Position numbers and translations under genes: made by a program
NCBI GenBank assembly: GCA_963822445.1
Contig: CAWGHO010000001.1
Coordinates: 1,184,001 to 1,248,000, forward strand
Source: an uncultured Acidobacteriota bacterium
GTDB lineage: Bacteria; Acidobacteriota; Thermoanaerobaculia; Gp7-AA8
Length of the DNA: 64,000 nt
Reading direction: 5' to 3'
In this document: in pieces, positions 20,901 to 32,709 of the stretch
Layout: every line of letters begins with the position of its first letter
Numbering within the stretch: the stretch's first letter is position 1
Notes under the pieces: model-generated
Told to the model about the DNA's origin: nothing
Databases searched by the model: none
Seen by the model: only the letters and a program-made list of their open reading frames with translations

Positions 20901-22206
20901 ACGCGCGGAGCTGATCGACCATCGTGTTGATGGTGTTCTTCAACTCGAGGACTTCGCCGAGCGCTTCCGCGGTGATCTTCTTCGACAGATCGCCGTTCGC
21001 GACGGCGGTCGTGACCTCGGCGATGTTGCGGACCTGACTGGTGAGGTTCGCGGCCATGTAGTTGACCGAGTCCGTCAAGTCTTTCCACGTACCGGAGACG
21101 CCCTGCACTTCCGCCTGGCCGCCGAGTTTTCCTTCCGTACCGACTTCGCGAGCGACGCGGGTGACTTCCGAGGCGAAGGAGCGGAGCTGGTCGACCATCG
21201 TGTTGATGGTTTCCTTCAGCTCGAGGATCTCGCCGCGCGCTTCGACGGTGATCTGTTTGGAGAGATCGCCGTTCGCGACGGCGGTGGTGACCGCGGCGAT
21301 GTTGCGAACCTGATTGGTGAGGTTCGCGGCCATGTAATTCACGGAATCCGTCAAGTCTCTCCACGTACCGGAGACACCCTGCACATCTGCCTGACCGCCC
21401 AGCTTTCCTTCCGAACCGACTTCGCGGGCAACACGGGTGACTTCCGAGGCGAAGGAGCGGAGCTGATCGACCATGACGTTGATGGTGTTCTTCAGCTCGA
21501 GGATCTCGCCGCGCACTTCGACGGTGATCTTCTTGGAGAGGTCGCCGGTAGCGACGGCCGTCGTGACTTCGGCGATGTTGCGGACCTGGGAGGTGAGGTT
21601 CGCAGCCATGAAGTTGACCGAGTCCGTCAAGTCTTTCCACGTACCGGAGACGCCCTTGACGTCGGCCTGGCCGCCCAGCTTTCCTTCGGTGCCGACTTCG
21701 CGAGCGACGCGCGTGACTTCCGACGCGAACGAGGCCAGCTGCGTGACCATCGTGTTGACTGTTTTCGCCGTCCGCAGAAACTCACCCTTGAGCGGCCGGC
21801 CGTCGAACTCGATGGCCATGGTCCGGGTGAGATCGCCCTTCGCGACCGCGCCGATGACGCGCGCGATCTCGTTGGTGGGCTGGACGAGGTCGGTGACCAG
21901 GTTGTTGACCGCGTCGGCCATGACCGCCCACTGGCCGTTGGCCGCGGGAGCCTTCAGCCGCTCGTTCAGCTTTCCCTCTTTGCCGACGACCGTCGAGATG
22001 CGCTCGATCTCGGATGAGGTCCGCTCGTTGAGCTCGAGGATGTCGTTGAGAGTGTCGGAAATTTTTCCCTGAACGCCGGTGAAGTCGACGGGCATCCGCA
22101 CGCGGAAATCGCCCTTCTTCATCGACGTGAGAGTGCGCAGCAACAGCCGGTCGAAGTCCTTCGGGCCAAGCTCAGTGGCCTTGTCGACGCCAATGCCCGT
22201 GGTCAT
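14959..22206 (-). CDS. Giant poly-HAMP hybrid histidine kinase (HAMP array-GAF-coiled coil-HisKA-HATPase-3xREC), broken by several frameshifts in its 3' part
   Basis: 14 copies of GTW(K/R)DLTD(S/N)VN, then GAF and SHELRTPLN. The HATPase (16314-16853) and receiver fragments (15744-16127, 15323-16594 C-part, 14959-15477) lie in shifting frames; frameshifts near 16855, 16385, 16140, 15860-16005 and 15545. Confidence 0.88.
17930..21930 (-). repeat. Intragenic 276-bp (92-aa) tandem repeat, about 14-15 units
   Basis: The TWKDLT codons recur every 276 nt from about 18048 to about 21636 (13 x 276). Boundaries approximate. Confidence 0.92.
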
Positions 22207-22368
22207 ACGCGGGTTCTCCTCCGAGGTGAGGTAATCAATTGTGCTGAAACGGATTAGCAGGCTGGACGGTCCCTCGCGGACGAGGGCTGATTCAGTCTTG
22301 GGAGGGGGGTGAATGCAAGTGAAGTGCCGTTATGGTTGAGTGTGGTTTCGGGCGAATCGGATGCCGAA

Positions 22369-22466
22369 GGAGGGCGGCCGCCCCGGCCGCCCTCGCTGGG
22401 CACCTTGCCCGGCGATTAGCACCGGGCGAGGCGCCCGGTGCGAGGCGAGCGAGGCGCTCGCCCTCC
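22369..22466. repeat. REP/REPIN-like inverted pair
   Basis: GGAGGGCGGCCGCCCCGGCCGCCCTCGC ... GCGAGGCGAGCGAGGCGCTCGCCCTCC; each arm is itself a short hairpin. Confidence 0.55.
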
Positions 22467-22478
22467 GAGACGGTTCGG

Positions 22479-25400
22479 TCAGCGAACCGGTACGGCCCGC
22501 ACCGGTATCACCACCCGGAACGTGCTCCCCTCCCCCTCCTCACTCTCCACCTCCACCACCCCGCCGTGCAGCTCGGTGAAGCGCTTCACCACGGAGAGGC
22601 CGAGGCCTGTGCCTTGGGGGCGGCGGGTGCCGGGTGGGTGGATCTGGCGGAACTCGTCGAAGATCGCGTGCTGGTCCTCGGGGGCGATGCCGATGCCGTG
22701 ATCGATGACCGACACGGCGATGGAGTCGGTGCGGATTGGCGACTCCATCGCCGGCAGGAGGCGGGCGACGATCTGCACCTTCGAGCGATCGGGCGAAAAC
22801 TTCACGGCATTCGAGACGAGGTTGTAGAGCACCTGTTTGAACTTGATGCCGTCGACCACGATCATCCCGATGTCCGGTGAGAGATCGAACTCGAGATCGA
22901 TGCCGCGCGGGATGGTGATGCCCTTGAGCACGCGCGCCACGCTGTCGAGCGTCTCGCGCAGAACCACCGGCTCGAGGTCGAGACTCATCTTCCCCGCCTC
23001 GATCTTCGCCAGGTCGAGGATGTCGTTGATGAGCGTCAGCAGATGCTCGCCGGAAACGGAGATGTTGTTGAGGAAGCGCATCTGCCGCTCGGTGAACGTC
23101 GCTTTCTCGCCGTCGCGCAGCAGCACGCCGGCGAAACCGATGATCGCGTTAAGGGGCGTGCGCAGTTCGTGGGAAACGTTCGCCAGGAAGATGCTCTTGG
23201 CCTGATTCGCCGACTCGGCCTCGATCAACGCCGCCTCGATGTCGCGCGTGCGGGCGGCGACGACGTCCTCCAGCTCCTTCTCGCGGCGTTTGCTCACGTA
23301 CACGCGGCGCTGCTGGAGCAACCACACCAGCGAGACGAGCAGCAGAAGGATCAGCAGCGGGAACCAGAGCGTCTGCACGAACTTCCGCTCGACCTTCATG
23401 GCCAGCGATGCGCCCTGGCGGTTCCAGGCGCCGTCCGCGTTCGCGGCGATCACCTGAAAGCGGTACTCGCCGGGCGGCACGCCTGTGTAGAACGCGACGC
23501 GGCGCTGGCCGGGATCGACCCAGTCCCGGTCGAATCCCTCCAGCCTGTAGCGAAATTTGACTTTCATCGGCGACGCGTAGGTCAGCGCGGCGTAACGGAA
23601 TTCGATGTGTTGCGTGTCCGGCGGGATGACCAGCTTCGTCGAAACCGGCACTTCACGCCCATCGACGATGGCCGCTTCGAGACGAACGGGCGGCGGCCGC
23701 GGATTTCTGAGCGCCGCGTCGCGCGGCGCGATCGTCGCCACGCCATCGACCGTTGAAAACCAGAGCCGCCCGTCGCGCGAGCGCATGGCCGCTGGATACG
23801 TGCTGCCGTTGCACTCCACGCTGCGGACACCGTCGCCTGCTCCGTAGACTTCCGAGGTTACGCGGGTGCGTTTGCCGGCGGCGACTTCCTCGAGCTCGCG
23901 CGCGGTGACGCTCCAGATGCCCCGTCCGCCGCCGAACCAGAACCGGCCGCTCGCGTCCTCGAGCAACTGCATGACCTTGTCGCTGAAGAGTCCCGAGTCG
24001 ACGGTGTAGCGCGTGAAGCGGCCGTCCTTCATGCGGATCAACCCCGCGCTGTCGGTGCCGATCCAGACCGTGCCCGCCGCATCTACATGCAGCGCAAGAA
24101 CATGTGAGTCGGGCAACCCTTCCGCCTCCGTCCAGGTCGTGAACCTGCCGTTCTGATGACGAGCGATGCCGCGGCCGTCGGTACCGATCCAGATGCTGCC
24201 GTCGGGCGCGGCAGCGAATGCCTGCACGAAGGTCGCGTTCCATCGCGGGCCGGGCAGGAGCCTTTCGAACTTCCCGTTGGTGTATCGCGTGAGGCCGCGA
24301 TCGGTGCCGATCCACAGCTGCCCTTCCCTGTCGAAGAAAAGCGCGCGAACGGTGCGGCTGGAAAGTCCGTCCGCTTCTCCGAACGTCGTCACGCGCCCGT
24401 TGGCGAAGCGATTCAATCCCGTCGGCGTGCCTACCCACATCGCCCCGTCCGGCGCCTCCGCGAGACTGAGCACGTAGTCGTTCGTGAGTCCATCCTTCGT
24501 GGTGAAGGTCGTCTTCTCCCGGCCGGTGAACCGCGTGAGACCGTTCGCGGTGCCGATCCAGATGTTGCCCGCGCGGTCTTCGAGCACCGTGCGCGCGTAC
24601 GAATCGACCAATCCTTCCGGTCTACCCACCGTGACGAACTTGCCGCGGGTCAGGCACTCCAGGCCACCGTTCGTGCCGACCCAGATGTTCTTTTCGACGT
24701 CCTCGAACAGCGAGCGGACGGAGTTGTTGAGGAGCCCTTCACCGGTGGTGAAGCGATCGACCTCGCCGCCGGCGATCCGAAAGAGACCGTTGCTGTACGT
24801 CCCGATCCACAGCGTGCCGTCGGAATCGTGCAACAGCGCCGTGACCTGCTCTTCGGGGATTCCCTCGATGCGCTGGACGTCGGCGGCGATCCGATGCAGA
24901 CCCTGATTCGTTCCGGTCCAGACCGTGCCGTCGCGATCGGCGAGGATCGCGTAAACCGACGCGGTCGAAAGCTGCGGCGCAACCGGCGCGACCACGCCGT
25001 TGCGCAGCACGAGCAGTCCGCTGCCGCGCGTTCCGACCCACAACGCGCCGTCGGGCGCGATGGTGAGCGACAGAACGGAGATGTCCGGGATGACCGGCTT
25101 CTCCACGCGGCCGTTGCGATACGCGCACAGCCCCGCCGAAGTCCCGATCCACACCGTCCCATCCCCCGCCTCGGCCAGCGCCGCCACGATGTCGCTCGGC
25201 AGGCCTTCCTCCATCCCGAGAACGCGAACCTTTCCATCGCGCAGCGAGCCCGCACCGCCGCCGTTCGTGCCCGCCCACAACGTTCCGTCGCGGCTCTTCA
25301 TCAGCGCGAGCACGGTGTCGCGGCGCAATGCGGGCAGGTTCTTCTTGTCGAAACGGGTGAAGGTCTCGCCGTTGAATCGCGCCAGACCTTCGTACGTGGC

Positions 25401-25577
25401 GACCCAGATGTAGCCGTCGCTGGTCTGCAGGATTCCGCGCACGACGCTGTTCGGAAGTCCGTCCTCGAGCTTCCACGAGCTTCGCGCGTACTGGCTGATG
25501 GCGCGGTCGGCTTCCAGCGCGTGCGCGGACGACGACGCGAGCGCAACCACGACTACGGCGGCAGCCAGCTTACGCAA
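22479..25577 (-). CDS. Sensor histidine kinase with Reg_prop beta-propeller and Y_Y_Y domains
   Basis: Repeated DG.lWiGT..GL, YRLEGFD..W...YT..PPG.Y.F.V, TM helix, SHELRTPLN and GTGLGL. Confidence 0.92.
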   Translation of the reverse strand: MRKLAAAVVVVALASSSAHALEADRAISQYARSSWKLEDGLPNSVVRGILQTSDGYIWVATYEGLARFNGETFTRFDKKNLPALRRDTVLALMKSRDGTLWAGTNGGGAGSLRDGKVRVLGMEEGLPSDIVAALAEAGDGTVWIGTSAGLCAYRNGRVEKPVIPDISVLSLTIAPDGALWVGTRGSGLLVLRNGVVAPVAPQLSTASVYAILADRDGTVWTGTNQGLHRIAADVQRIEGIPEEQVTALLHDSDGTLWIGTYSNGLFRIAGGEVDRFTTGEGLLNNSVRSLFEDVEKNIWVGTNGGLECLTRGKFVTVGRPEGLVDSYARTVLEDRAGNIWIGTANGLTRFTGREKTTFTTKDGLTNDYVLSLAEAPDGAMWVGTPTGLNRFANGRVTTFGEADGLSSRTVRALFFDREGQLWIGTDRGLTRYTNGKFERLLPGPRWNATFVQAFAAAPDGSIWIGTDGRGIARHQNGRFTTWTEAEGLPDSHVLALHVDAAGTVWIGTDSAGLIRMKDGRFTRYTVDSGLFSDKVMQLLEDASGRFWFGGGRGIWSVTARELEEVAAGKRTRVTSEVYGAGDGVRSVECNGSTYPAAMRSRDGRLWFSTVDGVATIAPRDAALRNPRPPPVRLEAAIVDGREVPVSTKLVIPPDTQHIEFRYAALTYASPMKVKFRYRLEGFDRDWVDPGQRRVAFYTGVPPGEYRFQVIAANADGAWNRQGASLAMKVERKFVQTLWFPLLILLLLVSLVWLLQQRRVYVSKRREKELEDVVAARTRDIEAALIEAESANQAKSIFLANVSHELRTPLNAIIGFAGVLLRDGEKATFTERQMRFLNNISVSGEHLLTLINDILDLAKIEAGKMSLDLEPVVLRETLDSVARVLKGITIPRGIDLEFDLSPDIGMIVVDGIKFKQVLYNLVSNAVKFSPDRSKVQIVARLLPAMESPIRTDSIAVSVIDHGIGIAPEDQHAIFDEFRQIHPPGTRRPQGTGLGLSVVKRFTELHGGVVEVESEEGEGSTFRVVIPVRAVPVR

Positions 25578-25625
25578 CGTTTGAATTCCTCGGACCTGCG
25601 GATGGGGCGCGGAGATTCTACTCGT

Positions 25626-26852
<1,227 letters not shown>

Positions 26853-26870
26853 GAGTCACGCGCTCCGCGC

Positions 26871-26903
26871 GGATTGAGGATTGAGGATTGAGGATTGAGG
26901 ATT
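26871..26903. repeat. Heptamer tandem repeat (GGATTGA)x4 plus a partial copy
   Basis: ggattga ggattga ggattga ggattga ggatt between the two permease genes; encodes mini-ORF MNPQSSILNPQSARSA (26856-26906, minus strand). Confidence 0.85.
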
Positions 26904-28155
26904 CATTCGTATCTCAAAGCCTCGATCGGATCCAACCGCGATGCCGTCAGCGCCGGCGCGAATCCCGAGAAGATTCCGGTCAGGGTCGACACGAACAGAC
27001 CGGTGATCACCAGCCCGACCGAGAACTTCAGCGGGAACGACGGGAACGCTGCCGCGACCGCGGCGCAGAGCAGCCAGGAGAGAGTCAGTCCGATGACGCC
27101 GCCGACGAGGCAGATCGAGACCGCTTCGATCAGGAACTGCAGAAGGATCGTGCGGCGCCGCGCGCCGACGGCCTTGCGCGTGCCGATCTCGCGCGTCCGC
27201 TCTTTCACGCTGACGTAGGTGATGTTCATGATCCCGATCGCGCCGACGAACAAGCGCCAGGCCGGTCACGAAAAGGCCGGCCACGGCGATGCCGCTCTTG
27301 ATCGGATCGATCGTGCTGCGCAGCGCCTGCTGCTCGTTGATGGAGAAGTCGTTCTTCTGCTCCGGGCGAAGACCGCGCACGCGGCGCATCGCCCCGGTCA
27401 ACTCGTCCGTCGCCGCTCCCATCCGGTTCTTGTCGCGAACCTTCACGCGGATCGACGTATCGAGTCGCGAGCTGAATGCTTTCTGAAATGCCGGCAACGG
27501 CACGACGGCATACGTGTCGAAGCTGAACAGCCCGAGAAACGTCCCCTGCTTCGCGTAAACGCCGATGACCTTGAACGGCGTGCCGCTGATCATCACCGTC
27601 TTGTCGAGGGGGCGCTCGTTCGGGAAGAGTGCTTCGGCGACGTCGAATCCGAGGATCACTACGTTGCGGCCGGAGCGCGCTTCGGGCTCGTTGAAGAAAC
27701 GCCCCTCGCGGAACGACGACGTCGACGTGACCAGAAACTCGTCGGTCGTCCCCTGCGTGAACACGCCGCGCACTTCGTTGTCCGCGTACTTCACGCTGCG
27801 CATGGTGTTGATCGTCGGCACGGCGATCATCAGCTCGGAGTTCGGCGTCGCGTCGATGATCCGCTGCAGGTCCTGCGCGTACCGCGACTGCATCGTCCGG
27901 CGGTTGCGGTAGTTCCACCAGTCGTCGACGTGTCGACCACGGCCATTTCTCGACGTAGAGGATGTCATCGCCGATCACGGCCAGACTGCGCTCGAACCCC
28001 GTTTCGATCCCGCCGATCGCCGAGCCCATGAGCGTGACGGCGATGATGCCGATGATCACGCCGAGGGCCGTGAGCGCCGAGCGCATCTTGTGCGCACGGA
28101 TGACCAGCGCCGCGATGCGGAAGGATTCGGTGATCTCGGTGAGGAGGTCGATCAT
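26903..28155 (-). CDS. MacB/FtsX-type ABC transporter permease (two frameshifts)
   Basis: MIDLLTEITESFRIA...KMRSALTALG, frame switch near 27930 (VDDWWNYRNR), second switch near 27255 (FVGAIGIMNI...DPIEALRYE). Confidence 0.85.
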
Positions 28156-28156
28156 G

Positions 28157-28263
28157 GGTTGCTGAGTTGCTAGGTTGCTGGGTTGCTGAGTGCTCCGCTT
28201 GTGCGTGAGTCGTGGCTCTCGGCGCAGCACCGAGCAACCCAGCAACCTAGCAACCCAGCAACC
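28157..28263. repeat. Inverted arrays of octamer repeats (GGTTGCTG / CAGCAACC) forming a ~38-bp stem
   Basis: Four GGTTGCT(G/A)-type copies followed by four (C/T)AGCAACC-type copies; fills the whole adaptor-permease spacer. Confidence 0.85.
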
Positions 28264-29594
28264 TAAGTTTTCGCTTTCTCCACCTTCTCCAACGCCACCT
28301 TCATCCCGTCCTTCAGCTTCCTGGAAATGGCCGTGTACGAGCCGGAGACGATCTCGTCGCCGCTCTTGATGCCGGACTTGATCTCGATGAAGGTGTCGTC
28401 GGCGATGCCGGTCTCGACTTTCTGCATCTTCACGATGTCGCCGTTTTTCACGAAGACGACTCGCTGCAGTTTGAGGCGCTGGGCGCGTTCTTTCTGTTTC
28501 TCCAGCGTTTCGTTGGCGACGTCGGCGCGGTTGTCGTCCTTGTCCCGCGCGGCCTGGGCCACGCGCTGCCGCTCCAGCTCCTCGGGCGAGAGATCGGTAT
28601 CGGTGCTGCGCACGGTCACGCTCTGAATCGGCACGGCGATCACGTTCTTCACCGTGGCGGTCTCGATGTCCGCGGTCGTGCTCATGCCCGGGCGGAGTCG
28701 CACGGAGCGATCGGGGATGCTGATCTTGACCTCGAAATTCGTGACCTCTTCCTGCGTGCCGGCGTTGCGGGTGAGCGCGGTGCTGGCGATCTCGCGCACG
28801 ACGCCGCGGATCTCGCGGTCGGGATAGGCATCGACGCTGATGCGCGCCGAATCGCCGACCTTCACGTCGACGACGTCGTTCTCGTTGACGTTGACCCGCG
28901 CTTCCATGTGATCGAGATCGGCGATGCGCATGACTTCCGTGCCGGCGAACTGGCTCGTGCCGACGACGCGCTCGCCGACGCGGCTGGTCAGCGAACTGAT
29001 GGTGCCGTTCGCCGGCGCGTAAATGACGGTCTTCGACAGCGATTCATTGATCTGCCGCAACGCTCCCTCGGCCTGCTGGATCTGGAACCGCGCCGAGTCC
29101 AGCGCCGCTTTCGCGCCGTCGTACGCGGTCTTCGCGGCGTTGAGCTCGGATGCGGAGGTGAGTCCGCCTTCGTGGAGCTTCTGGATGCGCCGGTATTCGT
29201 TCTCGAACTTTTCGAGCTCCGCGCGATTGCGAACGCTTGCCGACCGCGCGCCGTTGAGCGCGGCCATCGACGACTCGACCTGCGCGCGATAGGTATCGGG
29301 CTTGATGCGCAGCAACATCTGTCCGCGCTGCACGACCTGCCCTTCCTTGACCGTGATCTCGACGATCTCGCCGGACACTTCCGGCGCGATCTTCACCTCG
29401 ACCTCCGGCTGGATCTTCCCCGTCGCCGTCACGACCTCGGTGAGGTTGGTGACGAAGGCCTTGTCCGTCGTCACGAGGACAGGCTTTTCCTTCTTGCGCG
29501 ATGCCGCCACCGCGGCGACGACGCCGGCGAGCAGGACGATCACACCAATGATCCAGTACAGCTTTTTCCGCGAACGTCTCGGACCTTCAGCCAT
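28263..29594 (-). CDS. Efflux periplasmic adaptor subunit (MacA/HlyD-like)
   Basis: ATGKIQPE.EVKIAPEVSGEI..I.VKEG..V..GQ.L lipoyl half-motif, coiled coil, IYAP.NG and LRPGMS. Confidence 0.92.
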   Translation of the reverse strand: MAEGPRRSRKKLYWIIGVIVLLAGVVAAVAASRKKEKPVLVTTDKAFVTNLTEVVTATGKIQPEVEVKIAPEVSGEIVEITVKEGQVVQRGQMLLRIKPDTYRAQVESSMAALNGARSASVRNRAELEKFENEYRRIQKLHEGGLTSASELNAAKTAYDGAKAALDSARFQIQQAEGALRQINESLSKTVIYAPANGTISSLTSRVGERVVGTSQFAGTEVMRIADLDHMEARVNVNENDVVDVKVGDSARISVDAYPDREIRGVVREIASTALTRNAGTQEEVTNFEVKISIPDRSVRLRPGMSTTADIETATVKNVIAVPIQSVTVRSTDTDLSPEELERQRVAQAARDKDDNRADVANETLEKQKERAQRLKLQRVVFVKNGDIVKMQKVETGIADDTFIEIKSGIKSGDEIVSGSYTAISRKLKDGMKVALEKVEKAKT

Positions 29595-29673
29595 GTCGAT
29601 GACTCCGTAACGGCATTATCTGTTTTGAGCATACGAGGACCGCGGGAAAACGTTCCAGACTAGACTTATTCGC

Positions 29674-30582
29674 ATGATCCTGGCGGCGATTGCGACCTGG
29701 CTGACTCTGGCGCCAGTGCTCGTCCCGCGGCAGGAAGTGGCGGTCGCGGCGGTCAACGGGAAGGTCTACCTGATCGGCGGGATCGCCGCGGATCAATCCA
29801 TCCTCGATTCCGTCGAGGAGTACGACCCGGCCACGAATTCCTGGCGCTTCATCGCGCCGCTGCCACGGCCGCGGCATCACACGGCGGCGACGGTCGTCGG
29901 AACGGACATCTACGTGATCGGCGGTTTCGGTCCGTTCGGCTTCCAGCCCGAGCGCAACGTGTATCGATACGAGTCGCGGTCGGGCCAATGGTCGGAAGTT
30001 GCGCCGTTGCCGGTATCGCGCGGCGCTCTCGCGGCGGTGACGATCGAGGGGAAGATCTACGCGGTCGGTGGCGTCCCGGGTTCCGGTCGCGATCTGACGA
30101 TGTACGACCCGACTACGAACACGTGGACATCGCGGGCGTCGATGCCCACCGGGCGCGAGCACCTTTCCGCGGCGACGATCGACGGGAAGTTGTACGTGGC
30201 GGGCGGACGGCTTGGCGCGAATACGGATGCGTTCGAGCGATACGACCCCGTCACGAACACGTGGACGGTGTTGCCACCGCTTCCGACCGCGCGCGGCGGA
30301 CTCGCGGCGGCGGCTGTCGGGTCCCGGATTTACGTGTTTGGCGGGGAAGGCAATCCATCAACGGCGACGGGCGTGTTCGAAGAGAACGAATCGTTCGATG
30401 TGGTCAGCGGGACGTGGCGAGCCGAGGTGCCGATGGCCTTTCCGCGACATGGCATCGGCGCGGTGTCGATCGGGAATCGCATCTACATTCCGGGAGGTGC
30501 GCCGGTGCAGGGATTCGGCACGACGAACGTGCACGATGTGCTGGTGATCGACGCGCCGCGGCGAAGGTCAGTGCGGAAGTAG
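29674..30582 (+). CDS. Kelch-repeat protein
   Basis: Six (K/R)IY.iGG...YDP.TN.W...P.P..R repeats; C-terminal PRRRSVRK. Confidence 0.9.
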   Translation: MILAAIATWLTLAPVLVPRQEVAVAAVNGKVYLIGGIAADQSILDSVEEYDPATNSWRFIAPLPRPRHHTAATVVGTDIYVIGGFGPFGFQPERNVYRYESRSGQWSEVAPLPVSRGALAAVTIEGKIYAVGGVPGSGRDLTMYDPTTNTWTSRASMPTGREHLSAATIDGKLYVAGGRLGANTDAFERYDPVTNTWTVLPPLPTARGGLAAAAVGSRIYVFGGEGNPSTATGVFEENESFDVVSGTWRAEVPMAFPRHGIGAVSIGNRIYIPGGAPVQGFGTTNVHDVLVIDAPRRRSVRK

Positions 30583-30584
30583 GA

Positions 30585-30655
30585 GGGGAGCGGCCGTCCC
30601 GGCCGCATGCGCGGGGCATGATGCCCCGCGCGTGCGAGCGGGACGCTCGCTCCCC
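30585..30655. repeat. REP/REPIN-like inverted pair between convergent genes (may act as a bidirectional terminator)
   Basis: GGGGAGCGGCCGTCCCGGCCGCA ... TGCGAGCGGGACGCTCGCTCCCC, with inner hairpin GCGCGGGGCAT-G-ATGCCCCGCGC. Confidence 0.65.
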
Positions 30656-31405
30656 TTACACAACCGCTCCCATGTTCTCCTCGAGGTGCTTCACCTTCGA
30701 GGTCCCCGGAATCGGCAACATCACCGGCGATCGCTCGAGGAGCCATTGCAGCGCCTCGCGCGCCGATACCTTCAGTTTCCCCACCTGCAGCGGATACCAG
30801 GGGATGAAGGCGATGTTCTCGCGCTCGCAGTAATCGAGGACGTTCTCCCACTCACGGTCTTCGAGGTTGTAGCGGTTCTGCACGGACACGACATTGAAGT
30901 GTTTCCGCGCGCGCTCGATCTGCTCGATGGTCACTTCGGAAAGACCGAGGTGGCGGACCTTGCCTTCGCGCTGAAACTCGACCAGCGCGCCGAACTGCTC
31001 CTCCTCGGGGACCTCGTCGTCGATGCGATGCAGTTGAAAGAGATCGATCCGGTCGAGCTTCAGCCGCCGCAGGCTTCCTTCGAGACCTTCGCGCAGCCGC
31101 TCGGGCCGGCAATTCACGACCCACTCGCCCGGACCGGGACGATCGAAGCCGGACTTAGTCGCGATCACCAGCCCATCCGGATACGGATGCAGCGCTTCGG
31201 CGATCAACTCCTCCGAAACGTACGGGCCGTACGACTCCGCGGTGTCGATGAGGTTGACGCCGAGCTCCACCGCGCGGCGCAGGACCGCCAGCGCTTCCTC
31301 GCGATCGCGCGGCGGTCCCCACACCCCTTCACCGGTGATGCGCATGGCGCCGAAACCGAGGCGGCGGACGGGAAGATCGTTGCCGAGGAGAAAGGTGTCG
31401 TTCAC
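30656..31405 (-). CDS. Aldo/keto reductase
   Basis: [44 protein letters not shown] and PIPGTSK..HLEEN. Confidence 0.93.
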   Translation of the reverse strand: MNDTFLLGNDLPVRRLGFGAMRITGEGVWGPPRDREEALAVLRRAVELGVNLIDTAESYGPYVSEELIAEALHPYPDGLVIATKSGFDRPGPGEWVVNCRPERLREGLEGSLRRLKLDRIDLFQLHRIDDEVPEEEQFGALVEFQREGKVRHLGLSEVTIEQIERARKHFNVVSVQNRYNLEDREWENVLDYCERENIAFIPWYPLQVGKLKVSAREALQWLLERSPVMLPIPGTSKVKHLEENMGAVV

Positions 31406-32622
31406 TTCCGCGGAACTATAACCGTCGCCGTCTTCGTCGCGGCATTGCCCGAGGCATCCTTCACTTCGACAGTGATCGTGTACGTGCGGCCGGGGCCTTT
31501 GCCCCCGCGTTCCGCGCGCAGCTCGATGGTCAGAGATCCGGTGATGTTGATGTCGTTCGCCGTGTCGCCGTCGCCGAGTCCGTTGTCAGGCTCGCTGCTG
31601 GTGACGCTGATGATCCTCGCGACCGGCGCGGGATCGACGTCGTCCATCGCGAAGACGCTCACCGTGACCGGCACCATCTTGTGATTCGGAACACTGAGCA
31701 CTGAAGGCGATGGCGTGACGCTGACGATCACCGGCGCCGTCGTATCAGTCGGGGTCGGATTGATCTGAAGAGCGTAGTGATCCGTGCTGCAGCCACCGAT
31801 CGTGTGCAACTCGTCGTCGTCGAAAACAGCCGCGTAGTTGCCGGCCTGCGGCGGCGCGGGCGCGACCTGCGTCCACGTTCCACCGTTCAGGCGATACACG
31901 CCGGCATCGAGCAGGACGTGAAGGTCGCCGCCGACCACACCGCCCGCGTAAGCGTTGCTCGCGAGCGGCAGGGCCGGGCCGCTGCTCCAGGTGCCGATCA
32001 GCGGATCGAAGACGTCGATGGTGGCGATCGGTGAGACCCCGTCGTTCCCGCCGATGACCCAAAGCTTGCCGCCGTGATTGACCACCACCGGATCGATGCG
32101 TCCGGTCGGCAGGCTGGCGAAGACGAAGAAGGTGTATGGGCCGGGCTGGAATCGCGTGGCAATCGTGGCCGGGCCGAAAAAATCACCGCCGAAAACGTAG
32201 ACGTACGTGCCGAGGGGAATCGTTCCGACGCTGGAGATCGGCAGCGGATAGTTCACGACGTTGAGCGTCCACGAGTCGCCCGTCGCGTTGTAGATGTCGA
32301 CGGACTGCGCGTTCGTCCCGTTGTTCAGATTCTTGCCGCCGAAGAAGTAGACGTTGTCGCCGAGAACAGCATTCGAGTTCAGATTCGTGCGGCCGACGGG
32401 ACGCGGATTCGGTGCATTGGCCGACCAGGTGTTGCCGCTAAGGCTGTACTCGTCGTGGTTTGCGCCGTCGACGAGCACGATGGAGTTGTTGACGATGGCG
32501 ATTCCGGATCCGCCCGCGCATCGCGCGGCGGGCAGCGGCGCGCGCGGCGTCCACCCGGCGGCGCCTGCGCTCACGGCGATCAGGGACACTGAGATCACAC
32601 AGGAAACGAGACTCTTCCGCAT
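31402..32622 (-). CDS. Secreted Kelch-like propeller protein with C-terminal Ig/HYR-like domain
   Basis: Signal peptide [11 protein letters not shown]; vY.FGG repeats; C-terminal DTTAPVI...PNHKMV...[15 protein letters not shown]...DASGN. Confidence 0.75.
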   Translation of the reverse strand: MRKSLVSCVISVSLIAVSAGAAGWTPRAPLPAARCAGGSGIAIVNNSIVLVDGANHDEYSLSGNTWSANAPNPRPVGRTNLNSNAVLGDNVYFFGGKNLNNGTNAQSVDIYNATGDSWTLNVVNYPLPISSVGTIPLGTYVYVFGGDFFGPATIATRFQPGPYTFFVFASLPTGRIDPVVVNHGGKLWVIGGNDGVSPIATIDVFDPLIGTWSSGPALPLASNAYAGGVVGGDLHVLLDAGVYRLNGGTWTQVAPAPPQAGNYAAVFDDDELHTIGGCSTDHYALQINPTPTDTTAPVIVSVTPSPSVLSVPNHKMVPVTVSVFAMDDVDPAPVARIISVTSSEPDNGLGDGDTANDINITGSLTIELRAERGGKGPGRTYTITVEVKDASGNAATKTATVIVPRK

Positions 32623-32709
32623 TGCTGCTCTCCTTCTCTCCGTAGGACCGTGGGTATGGCTCGACATATTACGTCCGCTGGCGCCGGCCGGATGCATAGA
32701 ATCGAAACG

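Noticed and set aside
17930-21930. Regular 276-bp repeats as a CRISPR or non-coding array
   Set aside because: In-frame coding HAMP repeats with synonymous variation; no unique spacers and no cas genes.
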